In this document: piece after piece, positions 1 to 9,712 of the stretch
How the letters are laid out: the number at the start of each line of letters is the position of its first letter
Numbering within the stretch: the first letter of the stretch is position 1
IMG/VR virus record: IMGVR_UViG_3300017700_000616
Span: 1-37,796 of that record
Direction: 5' to 3' (one strand)
Source of the DNA: a virus
Lineage: Duplodnaviria > Caudoviricetes
Length of the DNA stretch: 37,796 nucleotides
Made by a program: the position numbers and the translations under genes
The notes under the pieces: generated by a model
Told to the model about the DNA's origin: nothing
Databases searched by the model: none
Seen by the model: the letters and a program-made list of their open reading frames with translations, nothing else

Positions 1-123
1 GTCCCGCTCGCCCTGTCTCCTGAGGCGACGAAGTATGACGTGATCGTTGATGAAGCGCCGTCGAGTCCGAACCAGAAGGAGCGTGTGTTTGCGATCCTGA
101 CGCAGTTCCAAGGGATGCTTGCA
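1..123. repeat. Terminal direct repeat, copy 1 (circular assembly overlap)
   Basis: Identical to 37674-37796 and lies inside the portal reading frame, so it is an assembly overlap of a circular or permuted genome. Confidence 0.95.
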
Positions 124-435
124 GATGCCCCGCCGGAAGTTCTGGCCGAGGTTATCCGTTATTCGCCCTTGCCTGCGTCTCTGGCCGAGAAGATCGCCAA
201 GGCTATCACTCAACCGCCCCCTCCCGACCCGATGGCCGAGCAACAGGCTGTGTTGGGAATGGAAGGGCTTAAGGCTACAGTCCAGAAGACCCAAAGCGAG
301 GTCGGAAAGAACGTGGCCGACGCCCAGAAGACCGAAGCCGAAGCGGCCCGCGACCTCACAGAGTCGATGAGAGCGCAAGCCGAGGCGGACCTTATGAATA
401 TCGTTGGAAACCTTGGAGGGACTGAAAATGTCTGA
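1..435 (+). CDS. Portal protein, C-terminal part (continues from 36201 across the contig junction)
   Basis: In frame with the ORF starting at 36201; KYDVIVDEAPSSPNQKE motif followed by a coiled-coil tail as in P22-like portals. Confidence 0.9.
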   Translation, partial: VPLALSPEATKYDVIVDEAPSSPNQKERVFAILTQFQGMLADAPPEVLAEVIRYSPLPASLAEKIAKAITQPPPPDPMAEQQAVLGMEGLKATVQKTQSEVGKNVADAQKTEAEAARDLTESMRAQAEADLMNIVGNLGGTENV

Positions 436-1312
436 CGTTGATTTCGCTGAACAGAACGATGACGGCTTTGAAGCCGAGTTTGATGCCGCTCGCCAAGAGC
501 AGGACGCGCCTCTTGTCGAGAACGAGGAAGAGGAACAGGAAGAGCAGCAGCCCAGCCCAGAGGATGATCGCCTAGCGCGTCTGGAGAAGGTCGCGGCGGA
601 CAAGTCCCGTATGGCCCATGCCGAGCGCCGTCAGCGTCAGGAGGCGGAAGCCCGTGCATCCCGCCTTGAAGAGCGCCTGAACGCCCTTGAGCGTGGCGGT
701 GGGAAGGACGCTGAAATCGACTTCAGCAAGATTCCTTCGGCTGTTGACGACCCTATCGGTAATCTTGAGGCCCTTCGCGTTATTGCGGAGAAGATGAGCC
801 GGGAGCATCAAGAGCAGCAGCGCCAGACGCAGGCTCAGACCCAGCAAGAGCGCCAGTTCCAGCAGATCAATACGCGGATGCAGGAGTATGAGGGCGATTT
901 CCGCGCTATCCAGCCCGATTACAACGACGCCGCCGAGTTCTTCCGTCAGTCCCGGATCAAGGACTATGAGGAGCAGGGCTATACGGGCGCAGAGTTGAAC
1001 AAGGCGCTGACAGATGAGTTTGTCGGTCTGGTGGCCCGAACGATGCAATCCGGCAAAGACCCTGCCGAAGTCGTCTATAATTTGGCAAAAAATCGCGGCT
1101 TTGGTGGGGAACAGCGCAAGCCTGTTGTTGACAAACCGTCTGAAAAGCTACAGACCATTGCACGAGGGCAGCAGTCCTCACGTTCGTTGAGCCAGATGGG
1201 CGGAAAACAGGGTGGGTCGAATCTCACCATGGAGTCTGTTTCCAAGCTGGACGGCGCAGAGTTCGACAAGGCCTTTGCTAGGCTTCGTGAACAGACGCGC
1301 AAGGCGGGCTAA
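428..1312 (+). CDS. Capsid scaffolding protein
   Basis: Acidic N-terminus, E/Q-rich coiled coil, basic C-terminal helix; between portal and capsid; GGAGGG SD before ATG 428. Confidence 0.8.
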   Translation: MSDVDFAEQNDDGFEAEFDAARQEQDAPLVENEEEEQEEQQPSPEDDRLARLEKVAADKSRMAHAERRQRQEAEARASRLEERLNALERGGGKDAEIDFSKIPSAVDDPIGNLEALRVIAEKMSREHQEQQRQTQAQTQQERQFQQINTRMQEYEGDFRAIQPDYNDAAEFFRQSRIKDYEEQGYTGAELNKALTDEFVGLVARTMQSGKDPAEVVYNLAKNRGFGGEQRKPVVDKPSEKLQTIARGQQSSRSLSQMGGKQGGSNLTMESVSKLDGAEFDKAFARLREQTRKAG

Positions 1313-1317
1313 CGGGG

Positions 1318-1384
1318 GCGTCACGGCACGACGCGAGCCCACGGCGGGTCAAGGCCGTTCGGATGCTGTCACGGGACGATAGCG
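1318..1384 (+). promoter_or_regulatory. Structured leader of the capsid gene with three ACGG-loop hairpins
   Basis: gcgtc-ACGGCAC-gacgc (1318-1334), gccc-ACGGC-gggt (1337-1349), gctgtc-ACGGGAC-gatagc (1365-1383). Confidence 0.5.
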
Positions 1385-1420
1385 CGAGAACAGCCTTGAA
1401 ACCCCTTATGGAGCCTCGAA

Positions 1421-2470
1421 ATGGCCCTGACTTCCTATGGCGTTAATGCGCCCGAATCCGTCAAGCTTTGGTCGAAAGTCCTTGCCCGCGAAGCCCTGAA
1501 GGCTACGTGGATTGGCAAGTTCATTGGCGATGGCGCAAATAGCCTGATCCAGCAAAAGAACGACTTCAAGAAGTCCGCTGGCGACCGCCTCACCATGACC
1601 CTTCGTATGCAGCTGACCGGCGACGGCGTGCTGGGCGACGGCACTCTGGAGGGCAACGAAGAGCGTCTGACCACCTACACCGACAATCTGCTGATTGATC
1701 AGCTTCGCCATGCCGTCCGTTCGGCGGGCAAGATGACTGAACAGCGCATCCCGTGGAGCATCCGCGAGGAAGCCAAGGATGGTCTGGTTGACTGGTGGTC
1801 GGGCCGTATGGACACCGCCTTCTTCAACCAACTGTGTGGCTACACTGTCCAGACCGATCTTCGCTACACCGGCAACAACGCCATTCTGGCCCCGACCACG
1901 GTCATCCGTCCGAATGCTCGCGCCAACGACCAATCGCTTGTCGCGGGTGATGAGTTCTCGCTTCAACTGATCGACGCTGCGGTGGCTGCGGCCAAACTGG
2001 CGACTCCGGTCATGCGTCCGGTGCGTGTCGATGGCGAAGACAAGTACGTCCTGTTCCTTCACACCAACCAAGTCACCCAGCTGCGTACCAACACCTCGAC
2101 CGGCCAATGGCTGGACATTCAGAAGGCCGCTCTGGCCGGTGGTGTGGGTGCCAAGTCCCCGATCTATACGGGCGCTCTGGGCGAATACAACGGCGTCGTG
2201 CTGCACGAATCGACCCGCATCACTCCGGGGGTCAACTCGTCCACGGGCGCTTCGGTCGCGACTGCCCGTCGTGCTGTTCTGGCGGGCGCTCAGGCTGTCT
2301 CGCTGGGCTTCGGCGGCGGTCAATCGTATGGCGGCTGGGACTGGAACGAAGAACTGTTTGACTACGGCAACCAACTTGGTGTCGAAGCCGGTGCGATCTT
2401 CGGTCTGAAGGCAACCCGTTACAACTCCGCTGATTTCTCGAAAATCGGCATCCACACCTTCACCTCGTAA
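1421..2470 (+). CDS. Major capsid protein (N4-gp56/DUF4043-like)
   Basis: VKLWSKVLAREA, GDGVLGDGTLEGNEE, IDQLRHAV, GALGEYNGVVLHE and EELFDYGNQLG motifs; strong codon bias; follows scaffold. Confidence 0.92.
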   Translation: MALTSYGVNAPESVKLWSKVLAREALKATWIGKFIGDGANSLIQQKNDFKKSAGDRLTMTLRMQLTGDGVLGDGTLEGNEERLTTYTDNLLIDQLRHAVRSAGKMTEQRIPWSIREEAKDGLVDWWSGRMDTAFFNQLCGYTVQTDLRYTGNNAILAPTTVIRPNARANDQSLVAGDEFSLQLIDAAVAAAKLATPVMRPVRVDGEDKYVLFLHTNQVTQLRTNTSTGQWLDIQKAALAGGVGAKSPIYTGALGEYNGVVLHESTRITPGVNSSTGASVATARRAVLAGAQAVSLGFGGGQSYGGWDWNEELFDYGNQLGVEAGAIFGLKATRYNSADFSKIGIHTFTS

Positions 2471-2482
2471 GGAGGACGGACA

Positions 2483-2878
2483 ATGACTGTTACGGCACGT
2501 CAAAACGACACCCAGCAAGAACACTTCATCCGCTACAATCTGGCCTTCAACTCGGCTCCTGCGACGGCTATTCAGCTTAGCGTGGGCTCGGCTGTTCCGG
2601 CCAACGCCGTAGTGACCTCGGTCAATGTGGCGATCCAGACCGCGTTTAACGCTGGCACGACCAACACCCTCGACGTTGGTACGGCTGGCGCTCCGACCGC
2701 TCTTGTCTCGGCTCAGGCGCTGGGTTCGGTCGGTGTGACCCCGGTTGCTCCGGCCACTCTCGGCGGCATCATGTCTTCGTCCGTCGATACGGAGCTTTTC
2801 GTTCGGTATAACTACACCGGCACTGCTCCCTCGGCTGGCGCTGCGGTGGTTACGATCTTCTACGTCCCGAATATCTAA
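2483..2878 (+). CDS. Capsid decoration / minor head protein
   Basis: Small beta-rich A/T/G/V protein directly after the capsid gene, AGGAGG SD, FNAGTTNTLDVG motif. Confidence 0.65.
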   Translation: MTVTARQNDTQQEHFIRYNLAFNSAPATAIQLSVGSAVPANAVVTSVNVAIQTAFNAGTTNTLDVGTAGAPTALVSAQALGSVGVTPVAPATLGGIMSSSVDTELFVRYNYTGTAPSAGAAVVTIFYVPNI

Positions 2879-2885
2879 GGCGTAA

Positions 2886-2911
2886 GGGGAGAGGGTTTCG
2901 GCTCTCTCCCC
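2886..2911 (+). terminator. Strong hairpin after the head genes (terminator or RNA stabiliser)
   Basis: ggggagagggt-TTCG-gctctctcccc; no canonical U-tract follows. Confidence 0.55.
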
Positions 2912-2919
2912 GATCCTTC

Positions 2920-3543
2920 ATGGCAACGCTAGGCGATCTGAAAACCCGCATCAAAGCGGAAACGAACCGGGATGATCTGGACGATGAGCTGGCAGCGGCT
3001 TTCGTGGAGGTCATTCAGCGTGCCATTGTCTATTTTGAAAGCCAGCGCTTTACGTTCAACGAAGCGCGCATTGTCCAGACGGCGACGGGTGAATATTCCC
3101 CCCTTCCCGAAGGCCTGAAGTTCATCGACACACTTAGCGTTCAGGTGGGGAGCAACCGCTATCCGCTGCGGATGCAGTCCTATGAGGTGATCGAGGAATG
3201 GAACGGCTACGCGACCTCTGCGGGCCAGCCCACGGACTTCTCCGTCTCGGATGGACAGGTCAGGCTCTACCCGATCCCCAACACCAGCTACCCTCTGATC
3301 TTCCTTGGCGTGCGCGAAGTTACGCCAGCCTTGGACTATGATGACGATAGCTCGACTAACGCTTGGCTGGTGCAGGGTTACGATCTGATCGCGTCGCGCG
3401 TTCGGTATCTGCTGTACCGGGACTACTTCCGTGACGATGCAGGAGCCTCTACGGCGTTTGGGGCGCAGCAGGAGGCGTTGTCCGATCTTCGCAATGAGGC
3501 GAGCCTTCAAATCGGCACAGGGAGGATGCGTGGGTCATGGTGA
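2920..3543 (+). CDS. Head-tail adaptor (tail tubular protein A-like)
   Basis: MATLGDLKTRI start and GQPTDF...VRLYPIP motif; size and position typical of podovirus adaptors. Confidence 0.75.
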   Translation: MATLGDLKTRIKAETNRDDLDDELAAAFVEVIQRAIVYFESQRFTFNEARIVQTATGEYSPLPEGLKFIDTLSVQVGSNRYPLRMQSYEVIEEWNGYATSAGQPTDFSVSDGQVRLYPIPNTSYPLIFLGVREVTPALDYDDDSSTNAWLVQGYDLIASRVRYLLYRDYFRDDAGASTAFGAQQEALSDLRNEASLQIGTGRMRGSW

Positions 3544-3764
3544 CTTCCAATCCAATCCTGATAGAGCCTGAAACCCCCGCATGGTGGAAGCGGGCCGCGC
3601 TTTCGATCAACACGGCCTTTGTTCAAGCCCAGCGCCCGATCCTTCTTGCCGGATATGCTACGGCGGACCTTCCTGACCCGGCTCAATGGGCGGGATGTTT
3701 TGCTCGCGACCTGACCCTTAACCAGCCTGTTTACAGCGACGGAGCGACGTGGAATGCCCTCTAG
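3537..3764 (+). CDS. Small virion/tail-associated protein
   Basis: Overlaps both neighbours; PVYSDGATW motif seen in fibre-associated domains. Confidence 0.55.
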   Translation: MVTSNPILIEPETPAWWKRAALSINTAFVQAQRPILLAGYATADLPDPAQWAGCFARDLTLNQPVYSDGATWNAL

Positions 3765-5112
3765 CCCTACGCCCCTCCTGAATATCGAACAGCAAGCCGC
3801 TGGCGAAAACCTGAACGTATGGGGGCAACCGCACCTCAACGACGCCTTGGCGCGCCTCACGGAGGCTATTGCGGGCGCGACGACGGTCAGCAGCTATCCG
3901 ATTACGCTGTCCTCGACCAACTACGTCGTAAACCAAGCCCGCAACATGATTTTGCTCTGCACTGGAGCCGGTGGCGTCATCACCATTCCAGCTCAGAGCA
4001 AGCTTTACATCGTCCGCAACACGTCGAGCGGCAACGTCACCCTGACCACGGGTAGTGGGACGACGGCTGTCGTGTCCTCGGGAGACATTCTCCCGGTAAT
4101 CTGCGACGGCGTTAACTGCCTGACCAGCAAGCGACAGGATTTCCAGAACAGCATCGTTCGGAACCTCGCTAATGGCGTCAACGCCCAAGACGCGGTTAAC
4201 AAGCAGCAGCTTGACGCTACTCTGGCGGCGGCTCAGGCCTATACGGATGCGACCGCGTTTGCGTCGGCGTCCCTTCCCGGACAGGCGGGTCAAGCGGGCA
4301 AGTTTCTGACTACGGACGGCACGGCAACTTCGTGGACGAACGTCTTCCCTGCCGGAACCTTGGACTACATGCTGTTCAGCAATGGCGGGACTTCGGTTTC
4401 GTGGGGCTCGCCGTCTCAAATACGAGCCAAACTGTCCTTGGCGGGGGCGGCTCTGCTGAATGTCGGCACCGCTGCTGGCACTGTGGCTGCGGGTGATGAT
4501 TCACGGATTGTAAACGCCGCCCAGCTTTCCGGCGCTGTTTATACGGGGGCTATTCAAGCCCCGGCCATCACCTCTCCTGCGTTCTCGGGCTCCTTCAGTG
4601 GGCCGGTAACAGGCAACGCCTCCAGCGCTACCCGGTGGACCACGCCTCGCGACCTAAGCCTGACGGGAGACGCAACGGCTACCCTGCCCGCAATCGACGG
4701 ACAAGCCAGCGTGTCGGCGGCGATTACGCTTGCCAATACGGGAGTGTCGGCAGGGACCTACGGCAACTTCACGGTTGATGCGAAAGGCCGTGTGACTGCG
4801 GCTTCGGTTGCGCCCTATATTCGGGCGGCTGGGCTGTTCACGGGGACGACGGGTGCGGCTCTGGGAACGCCTGTGAATATCACCTGCGTCCGAAACGCCA
4901 TCGGGCTCTACACGCTGACCTTCGGCTCGCCGCTGCCTAATGCGAACTACATTCTCAGCGTCTTCTGCGAAAAGACCTCGGGGGCTCCGTTCTTCCAAGC
5001 CTTTGTGGCCTCTCGTTCGACTTCCTCTATCATCATCAACACGGTCTTGCTGTCAGGCGGTGTCGTGACCAGCGATGACCCGGACCGCTTCGGGGTGTCG
5101 GTGATCCTGTGA
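3754..5112 (+). CDS. Tail fibre protein
   Basis: G/A/T/S-rich 452 aa; GENLNVWG N-terminus, DAVNKQQLD, GKFLTTDG, VGTAAGTVAAGDDSRI and VDAKGRVTAA fibre motifs. Confidence 0.75.
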   Translation: MPSSPTPLLNIEQQAAGENLNVWGQPHLNDALARLTEAIAGATTVSSYPITLSSTNYVVNQARNMILLCTGAGGVITIPAQSKLYIVRNTSSGNVTLTTGSGTTAVVSSGDILPVICDGVNCLTSKRQDFQNSIVRNLANGVNAQDAVNKQQLDATLAAAQAYTDATAFASASLPGQAGQAGKFLTTDGTATSWTNVFPAGTLDYMLFSNGGTSVSWGSPSQIRAKLSLAGAALLNVGTAAGTVAAGDDSRIVNAAQLSGAVYTGAIQAPAITSPAFSGSFSGPVTGNASSATRWTTPRDLSLTGDATATLPAIDGQASVSAAITLANTGVSAGTYGNFTVDAKGRVTAASVAPYIRAAGLFTGTTGAALGTPVNITCVRNAIGLYTLTFGSPLPNANYILSVFCEKTSGAPFFQAFVASRSTSSIIINTVLLSGGVVTSDDPDRFGVSVIL

Positions 5113-6719
5113 GAGTTCCGCTTTCCATCCCTCCCGGCGTGAATACGGACGACACGACATTTTCCGTTGGTGATGGCGCATGGGCGAACGTGGACAAAGT
5201 GCGTTTTTGGCGCGGCAAGGCTCAAGTCATTGGAGGATGGGAGCGCTTCTCCGGCGAGAGCCTGTCGGGTCCGTGCCGGGGGATTCACGCTTATACGGAC
5301 CTTACCGCCAACCTGATCGTTGGCTTTGGCACGCCAACCAGCCTTGAGCTATCTTACGGCGGGCAACTGCTCGACATTACACCTGTAGAGTTTGTGCCGG
5401 GGAATGTGGACGGCACCGGGGGGCAAGGGTACGGAACGGGGACGTATTCGACGGGAGAATATTCTGAGCCGTCCACGGTGGATTACTTCCCCCTGACGTG
5501 GAGCCTGTCTAGCTATGGTACGGCCCTTGTCGCCAACCCACGCAATCAAACGATATTCTTCTATACGGCGGAGACGGTAGGCCCAGCGGTCCCGCTCACC
5601 AACGCCCCGGAGAACGTGACCTATACCCTCGTTGTGCCTCAGCGGCAGGTGATGGCGTTCGGCTGCAACGAAGAGGTATCGGGCGACTTCAACCCGCTCT
5701 GCATTCGGTTCAGCGACATTGAGGACCCGACTGTCTGGACGACGCTTCCAAGCAACAACGCGGGGGAGGTCATTCTTGAGGGCGGTGGACGCATTGTCGC
5801 CGCGCGCCTCATTGGCGATCTAGTGTACGTCTGGACCGACTCCAGCCTGTTTCGGGGGCAGTTCATTGGGAATCCTGATCAGACGTGGCGTTTTGATCGT
5901 GTGGGCGATCACTGTGGTTTGATTGGCCCGAATGCTGCTGTCGTTGTCTCCCAAGTCGCTTACTGGATGACGCCAGAGGTTCAGTTTTTCCAATGCTCTC
6001 TCGGCGGGGCTCCGCAAATCGTTCAGTCTCCGTTGCAGGCCGAAGTTAAGGCGAACCTGCCTGCGATCCAGACAGACAAGGTGTTTGCCTCTTCATGCTC
6101 TCAGTTCGGGGAGGTTCGGTGGGACTACCCTGACCTTTCGGGCGAGCTTCTGGATGAGATCGAGCTTTCGGTTGATGGCGTGGCCGATCTGGACACCGGA
6201 GACGGTGGTAGCCTGACGGCCTACGCAGCCATTGCGGCTGGTATAGAGAACAATCGGTATGTTGCCGCCTCTGTCTTGGATGGAGCGTGGTCTAGAGGCC
6301 ATATGTCCCGTACCTCCATGTTGGACTCTGGCCCCGGAGCCTACCCCATCGGGACCGACTATTTCGGCAATATCTACCTCCACGAGCGCGGACAAAGCGC
6401 GGATGGCGACGTGCTGGATTGGAGCATGGAAACGGCGGATCAATACATCACTGATGCGTCTCAATTCCTGATGTTGAAGGGCATCTGGCCTGACTTTGAA
6501 TCACAGGTCGGAGCAGTCAACCTTGAGGTCGTAACCCGTAAATATCCTCAGGCAACCGAAAAGGCGCACGGTCCATACGTGCTTGCTCCCGGCAAGCCAA
6601 AGAAGGATTTTCGTGCTACAGGTCGAATTGCTAGAATAAAGTTGTCCGGTTCGTCTGCTCCGACGTTTGTTCGTGTCGGCAAGCCGGAGTTTGAGAGCGA
6701 GGGTTCTGGATTCCAATGA
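5109..6719 (+). CDS. Tail nozzle / stabilisation protein (P22 gp10 or tubular protein B-like)
   Basis: 536-aa beta-propeller-like sequence (IRFSDIEDPTVW, CGLIGPNAA) before the GNAT and ejection genes. Confidence 0.75.
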   Translation: MRVPLSIPPGVNTDDTTFSVGDGAWANVDKVRFWRGKAQVIGGWERFSGESLSGPCRGIHAYTDLTANLIVGFGTPTSLELSYGGQLLDITPVEFVPGNVDGTGGQGYGTGTYSTGEYSEPSTVDYFPLTWSLSSYGTALVANPRNQTIFFYTAETVGPAVPLTNAPENVTYTLVVPQRQVMAFGCNEEVSGDFNPLCIRFSDIEDPTVWTTLPSNNAGEVILEGGGRIVAARLIGDLVYVWTDSSLFRGQFIGNPDQTWRFDRVGDHCGLIGPNAAVVVSQVAYWMTPEVQFFQCSLGGAPQIVQSPLQAEVKANLPAIQTDKVFASSCSQFGEVRWDYPDLSGELLDEIELSVDGVADLDTGDGGSLTAYAAIAAGIENNRYVAASVLDGAWSRGHMSRTSMLDSGPGAYPIGTDYFGNIYLHERGQSADGDVLDWSMETADQYITDASQFLMLKGIWPDFESQVGAVNLEVVTRKYPQATEKAHGPYVLAPGKPKKDFRATGRIARIKLSGSSAPTFVRVGKPEFESEGSGFQ

Positions 6720-7144
6720 ACAACCTGAACGAAGAGCTTTCCGATATGGGGATCGAGCCGAGCTTGACTCTTGTCCCGCCCAATCCGACGCCGGAACTTG
6801 TGCAGTTTGAGCGTTGCAAGGCGTGGCTGGAGGCTGGCCTTGAGCATAGCCCGCTGACCATGATCGACGTTTTGCAGGCCGTTCAGCGTGGCGCGATGTT
6901 CTGGCCCGGCAAGGCGTGCGCGATGGTCACGGAGATTTCCCCCTTTGGCGAGGGCAAGGCAATCTCTGTCCTGACCGCTGGCGGCGACATGGAGGAGCTA
7001 AAGCAAATGGCTCTCGGGGTTGAGGCTTTTGGACGCTTGAACGGCTGCACGGACTCTCTGATTGAGGGCCGCAAGGGCTGGGAGCGCTCGCTTAAGGCCG
7101 AAGGATACGTCTTCCAATCGGTCACGCTTAGGAAATCGCTGTGA
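6716..7144 (+). CDS. GNAT-fold virion assembly protein (T7 gp13 position)
   Basis: AGGDMEEL...GC...GRKGWERSL motif; conserved position between nozzle and ejection proteins. Confidence 0.6.
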   Translation: MNNLNEELSDMGIEPSLTLVPPNPTPELVQFERCKAWLEAGLEHSPLTMIDVLQAVQRGAMFWPGKACAMVTEISPFGEGKAISVLTAGGDMEELKQMALGVEAFGRLNGCTDSLIEGRKGWERSLKAEGYVFQSVTLRKSL

Positions 7145-8115
7145 GCAAGAGCAAGACCACTCAAAAGGTCGATACGGCCACGACGGCGACTAACCCTTCG
7201 TGGGTCAACAATGCGTTGCAGGGTTATACGGGTCAGGTCCAGAACTGGGGGGCGAATACCAACGCTCAAGACCTCGTTGCGCCCGCGAGCCCTCTCCAGC
7301 AACAAGCCTTTGATCAAGCTGGCGGCATGACAAGTTCTCCGCTTTTCGGTGAGGCGGCGGGGGTTGCGCGCGGAGCGGTGAACAACGGCACGGCGCAGGA
7401 CTTTATGTCGCCCTACACCAACGACGTGGTGAACACGACGCTGGCCGGTTACGACTCCAACTCTGCCCGCCAGAACGCGGCTCTGGCTGCTGCTGGAGCG
7501 CGGAATAACGGCTTTGGTGGTTCTCGCTTTGGTGTTGCTCAAGCGCTTCAAGCCGGAGAGCAAGGATCGGGCCGGGCTGCTGCTGAAGCTCAACTGAGGG
7601 ATCAGGCATTCAACACCGGCCAAGGGCTCTACGCAGACGCCCAGAACCGCAACCTATCCGCCGCTGGCCTCCTCGGAAACTTGGGGCAGGCTCAAGGGGC
7701 TGATGAGCGGTCTAACATCGGGCTTCTGTCGGAGCTTGGCGGTGTTCAGCGCGGCATTGATGCCAATATGCGGACGGCTGACCTTTCGATGTTGCAGGCC
7801 CTTGGGGGGCTCTACGGGCAAGGGCAATACGGCCTGTTCAACGGCTCCAAAACCAACGGAACGACCACCAACACAAATTCGCCAAGCTTGCTTAGCTCCG
7901 TGGGACAAGTCGCCCAAACTGGCGCGTCTCTGGCTGCTTTGTTCTCAGATCGTCGCCTTAAGAGAAATATTGTTGCGCTTGGCGGGGGGTGGTATGCGTA
8001 TAACTACCTCTGGAGCGACGATCTGGAGATTGGCGTGATGGCCGATGAGCAGCCTCAAGCCGCCATGGAAGGTCCGGGCGGGTTCATGATGGTGGATTAC
8101 GGGAGGGTTTCGTGA
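7141..8115 (+). CDS. DNA ejection (pilot) protein with C-terminal S74-type chaperone/autocleavage domain
   Basis: G/A/Q/N-rich; FMSPYTNDVV and GFGGSR motifs; FSDRRLKRNI...GVMADE...MVDYG tail. Confidence 0.7.
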   Translation: MSKSKTTQKVDTATTATNPSWVNNALQGYTGQVQNWGANTNAQDLVAPASPLQQQAFDQAGGMTSSPLFGEAAGVARGAVNNGTAQDFMSPYTNDVVNTTLAGYDSNSARQNAALAAAGARNNGFGGSRFGVAQALQAGEQGSGRAAAEAQLRDQAFNTGQGLYADAQNRNLSAAGLLGNLGQAQGADERSNIGLLSELGGVQRGIDANMRTADLSMLQALGGLYGQGQYGLFNGSKTNGTTTNTNSPSLLSSVGQVAQTGASLAALFSDRRLKRNIVALGGGWYAYNYLWSDDLEIGVMADEQPQAAMEGPGGFMMVDYGRVS

Positions 8116-8789
8116 GTCTCTTTGCATTCCCCATGCAGGCGGCAGGGAAGATGGCCCGGAACGGTGGCGGTCTTATGCAGACCACTACGCCTGTCGCCTC
8201 TTCCAACTCTACGCGCCGGGGCGGCTTGATGGGCTGGCTTGACGCCAACCGGGGCGAGGGAAACTTCGTTGAGCGCCTGAACACGTTCGGGGCTCAACTT
8301 CAGGACATTGGCGACGGCGGAAATCGAGCGGAAGAGATTGCTCAACAGCGTGCCGCGCAGGCTCAGGCCCAAGCCGCCGCTGAACAGCGCATCCAGATCG
8401 CCAAGATGGCCTCGGCTCTGAATCTCAGCCCGCAAGACCAGCTTGTGTTCAACGCCAATCCCGAATCGTTCTTCCGTATGCTGGGAGAGCGTGAAGATGA
8501 TGCTCGGGACTCGGCGCGGCCCACGTACCTCAACACCCAACGGGGCGTTTATCGGACCGGGCAGAATCCGGGCTTTGAAGTTGAGTTCCCGGAAGAAGGA
8601 CCAAAGGTCGATTTCGGCTGGCGGATGGGTGAGGGCGGGGGACTTGAGTATATCCCCGGCGGTCCTGCTGACCCGGCTTACCGTGGCCGCGTGGCTGCTG
8701 CTGGCCGTGCGCCTCCCCGTGCTCGCGCCGCTCCTCGCGCTGCTGCGTCGGCTCAGGCTCCCGCCCCACCTTGGCAGAGGAATTGGTAA
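8112..8789 (+). CDS. Internal virion / ejection protein
   Basis: Q/A-rich coil, IPGGPADP motif, coupled to neighbours. Confidence 0.6.
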   Translation: MSLFAFPMQAAGKMARNGGGLMQTTTPVASSNSTRRGGLMGWLDANRGEGNFVERLNTFGAQLQDIGDGGNRAEEIAQQRAAQAQAQAAAEQRIQIAKMASALNLSPQDQLVFNANPESFFRMLGEREDDARDSARPTYLNTQRGVYRTGQNPGFEVEFPEEGPKVDFGWRMGEGGGLEYIPGGPADPAYRGRVAAAGRAPPRARAAPRAAASAQAPAPPWQRNW

Positions 8790-9712
8790 TGCCCGGACCT
8801 ACTGTAGGACAGGTTATCGACGGCTACCGCTTCCGTGGCGGCGACCCGAACAATCAAGCGTCTTGGGAGCGTGCGGGGCCTAGCGTTCCTGCTGGCGGCA
8901 CTCGCGGACTTGATGGAAGCGTGATGACAGCGCCCGGTCCGCGCGGTGGCGCTCCTCGTCGGGTTGGGGGCCTTTCGACGCGCGAGGGAATCTCGATACA
9001 AGAGGCCCGTGATAGTGCTGCGGCGGTTCAGACCGACCTAAGCGACCTTGAGTCTTTTGCCCGGCTTCAGGAGAGCCAAGGCACTGGCGGCGCTATGGCT
9101 ATCCCGTTTGCGCGTCAAGTGGTCGGTTCCTTTGACCCCGAAGTCGCCTCCATGAATGCGATTACGGCCCGTCTGGCTCCGGCTCAACGGGTTCCGGGTT
9201 CGGGTACGACCTCGGACCGCGACCTTTCTCTGTTCCTGCAAGCTTCGCCTAGCGTGTCTCAGCCAGAGCAAACTAACACGGCCCTGATTGACCGTGGCCG
9301 TCAAGAGGGCGCTCGCCGTCAACTCTATGCAGAGTTTCTTGATAACTACGCCCGCCAGAACGGAACGCTAAATGGTTCTCAGGCGGCTTGGCGTCAGTAT
9401 TACGACCCACCTCCGGTCCGGGGCAACTCTCCGGTTCCGCGCGGCAACGTCGAGCCCTCGCAAGCCCAGAGAGCGACTGTCGAGCGCCTGAATCAATCTG
9501 GGGCTCGAAACCGTAACGCGGTGCTGGGGACGCGAGCTAACCCGCGTGTTCCGCCCGAAGGCTTCAACGTCCGCTCTCTCCCTGCGGGTGATTGGTACGT
9601 CTCGCCTGACGGTCAGGTTCGCCAAGTTCCGGCAAGCCGAGAAAGCCAAAACTCCCGCTTGCGTGGACGCTCTAATCGTACCGCTGTCGTTTCCGTTGAG
9701 AGGATTCCGTAA
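8789..9712 (+). CDS. Internal virion / ejection protein
   Basis: TAATG coupling at 8789; DGYRFRGGDP and PGSGTTSDRD motifs. Confidence 0.6.
   Translation: MPGPTVGQVIDGYRFRGGDPNNQASWERAGPSVPAGGTRGLDGSVMTAPGPRGGAPRRVGGLSTREGISIQEARDSAAAVQTDLSDLESFARLQESQGTGGAMAIPFARQVVGSFDPEVASMNAITARLAPAQRVPGSGTTSDRDLSLFLQASPSVSQPEQTNTALIDRGRQEGARRQLYAEFLDNYARQNGTLNGSQAAWRQYYDPPPVRGNSPVPRGNVEPSQAQRATVERLNQSGARNRNAVLGTRANPRVPPEGFNVRSLPAGDWYVSPDGQVRQVPASRESQNSRLRGRSNRTAVVSVERIP

Noticed and set aside
1-123. 123-bp repeat as a biological terminal repeat
   Set aside because: It interrupts the portal ORF in frame at both ends, which fits an assembler overlap rather than physical genome ends
1406-2524. Long antisense ORFs over capsid, terminase and portal (also 34025-34681, 36261-36947, 36987-37784)
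   Set aside because: Shadow ORFs produced by GC-rich codon bias of real + strand genes
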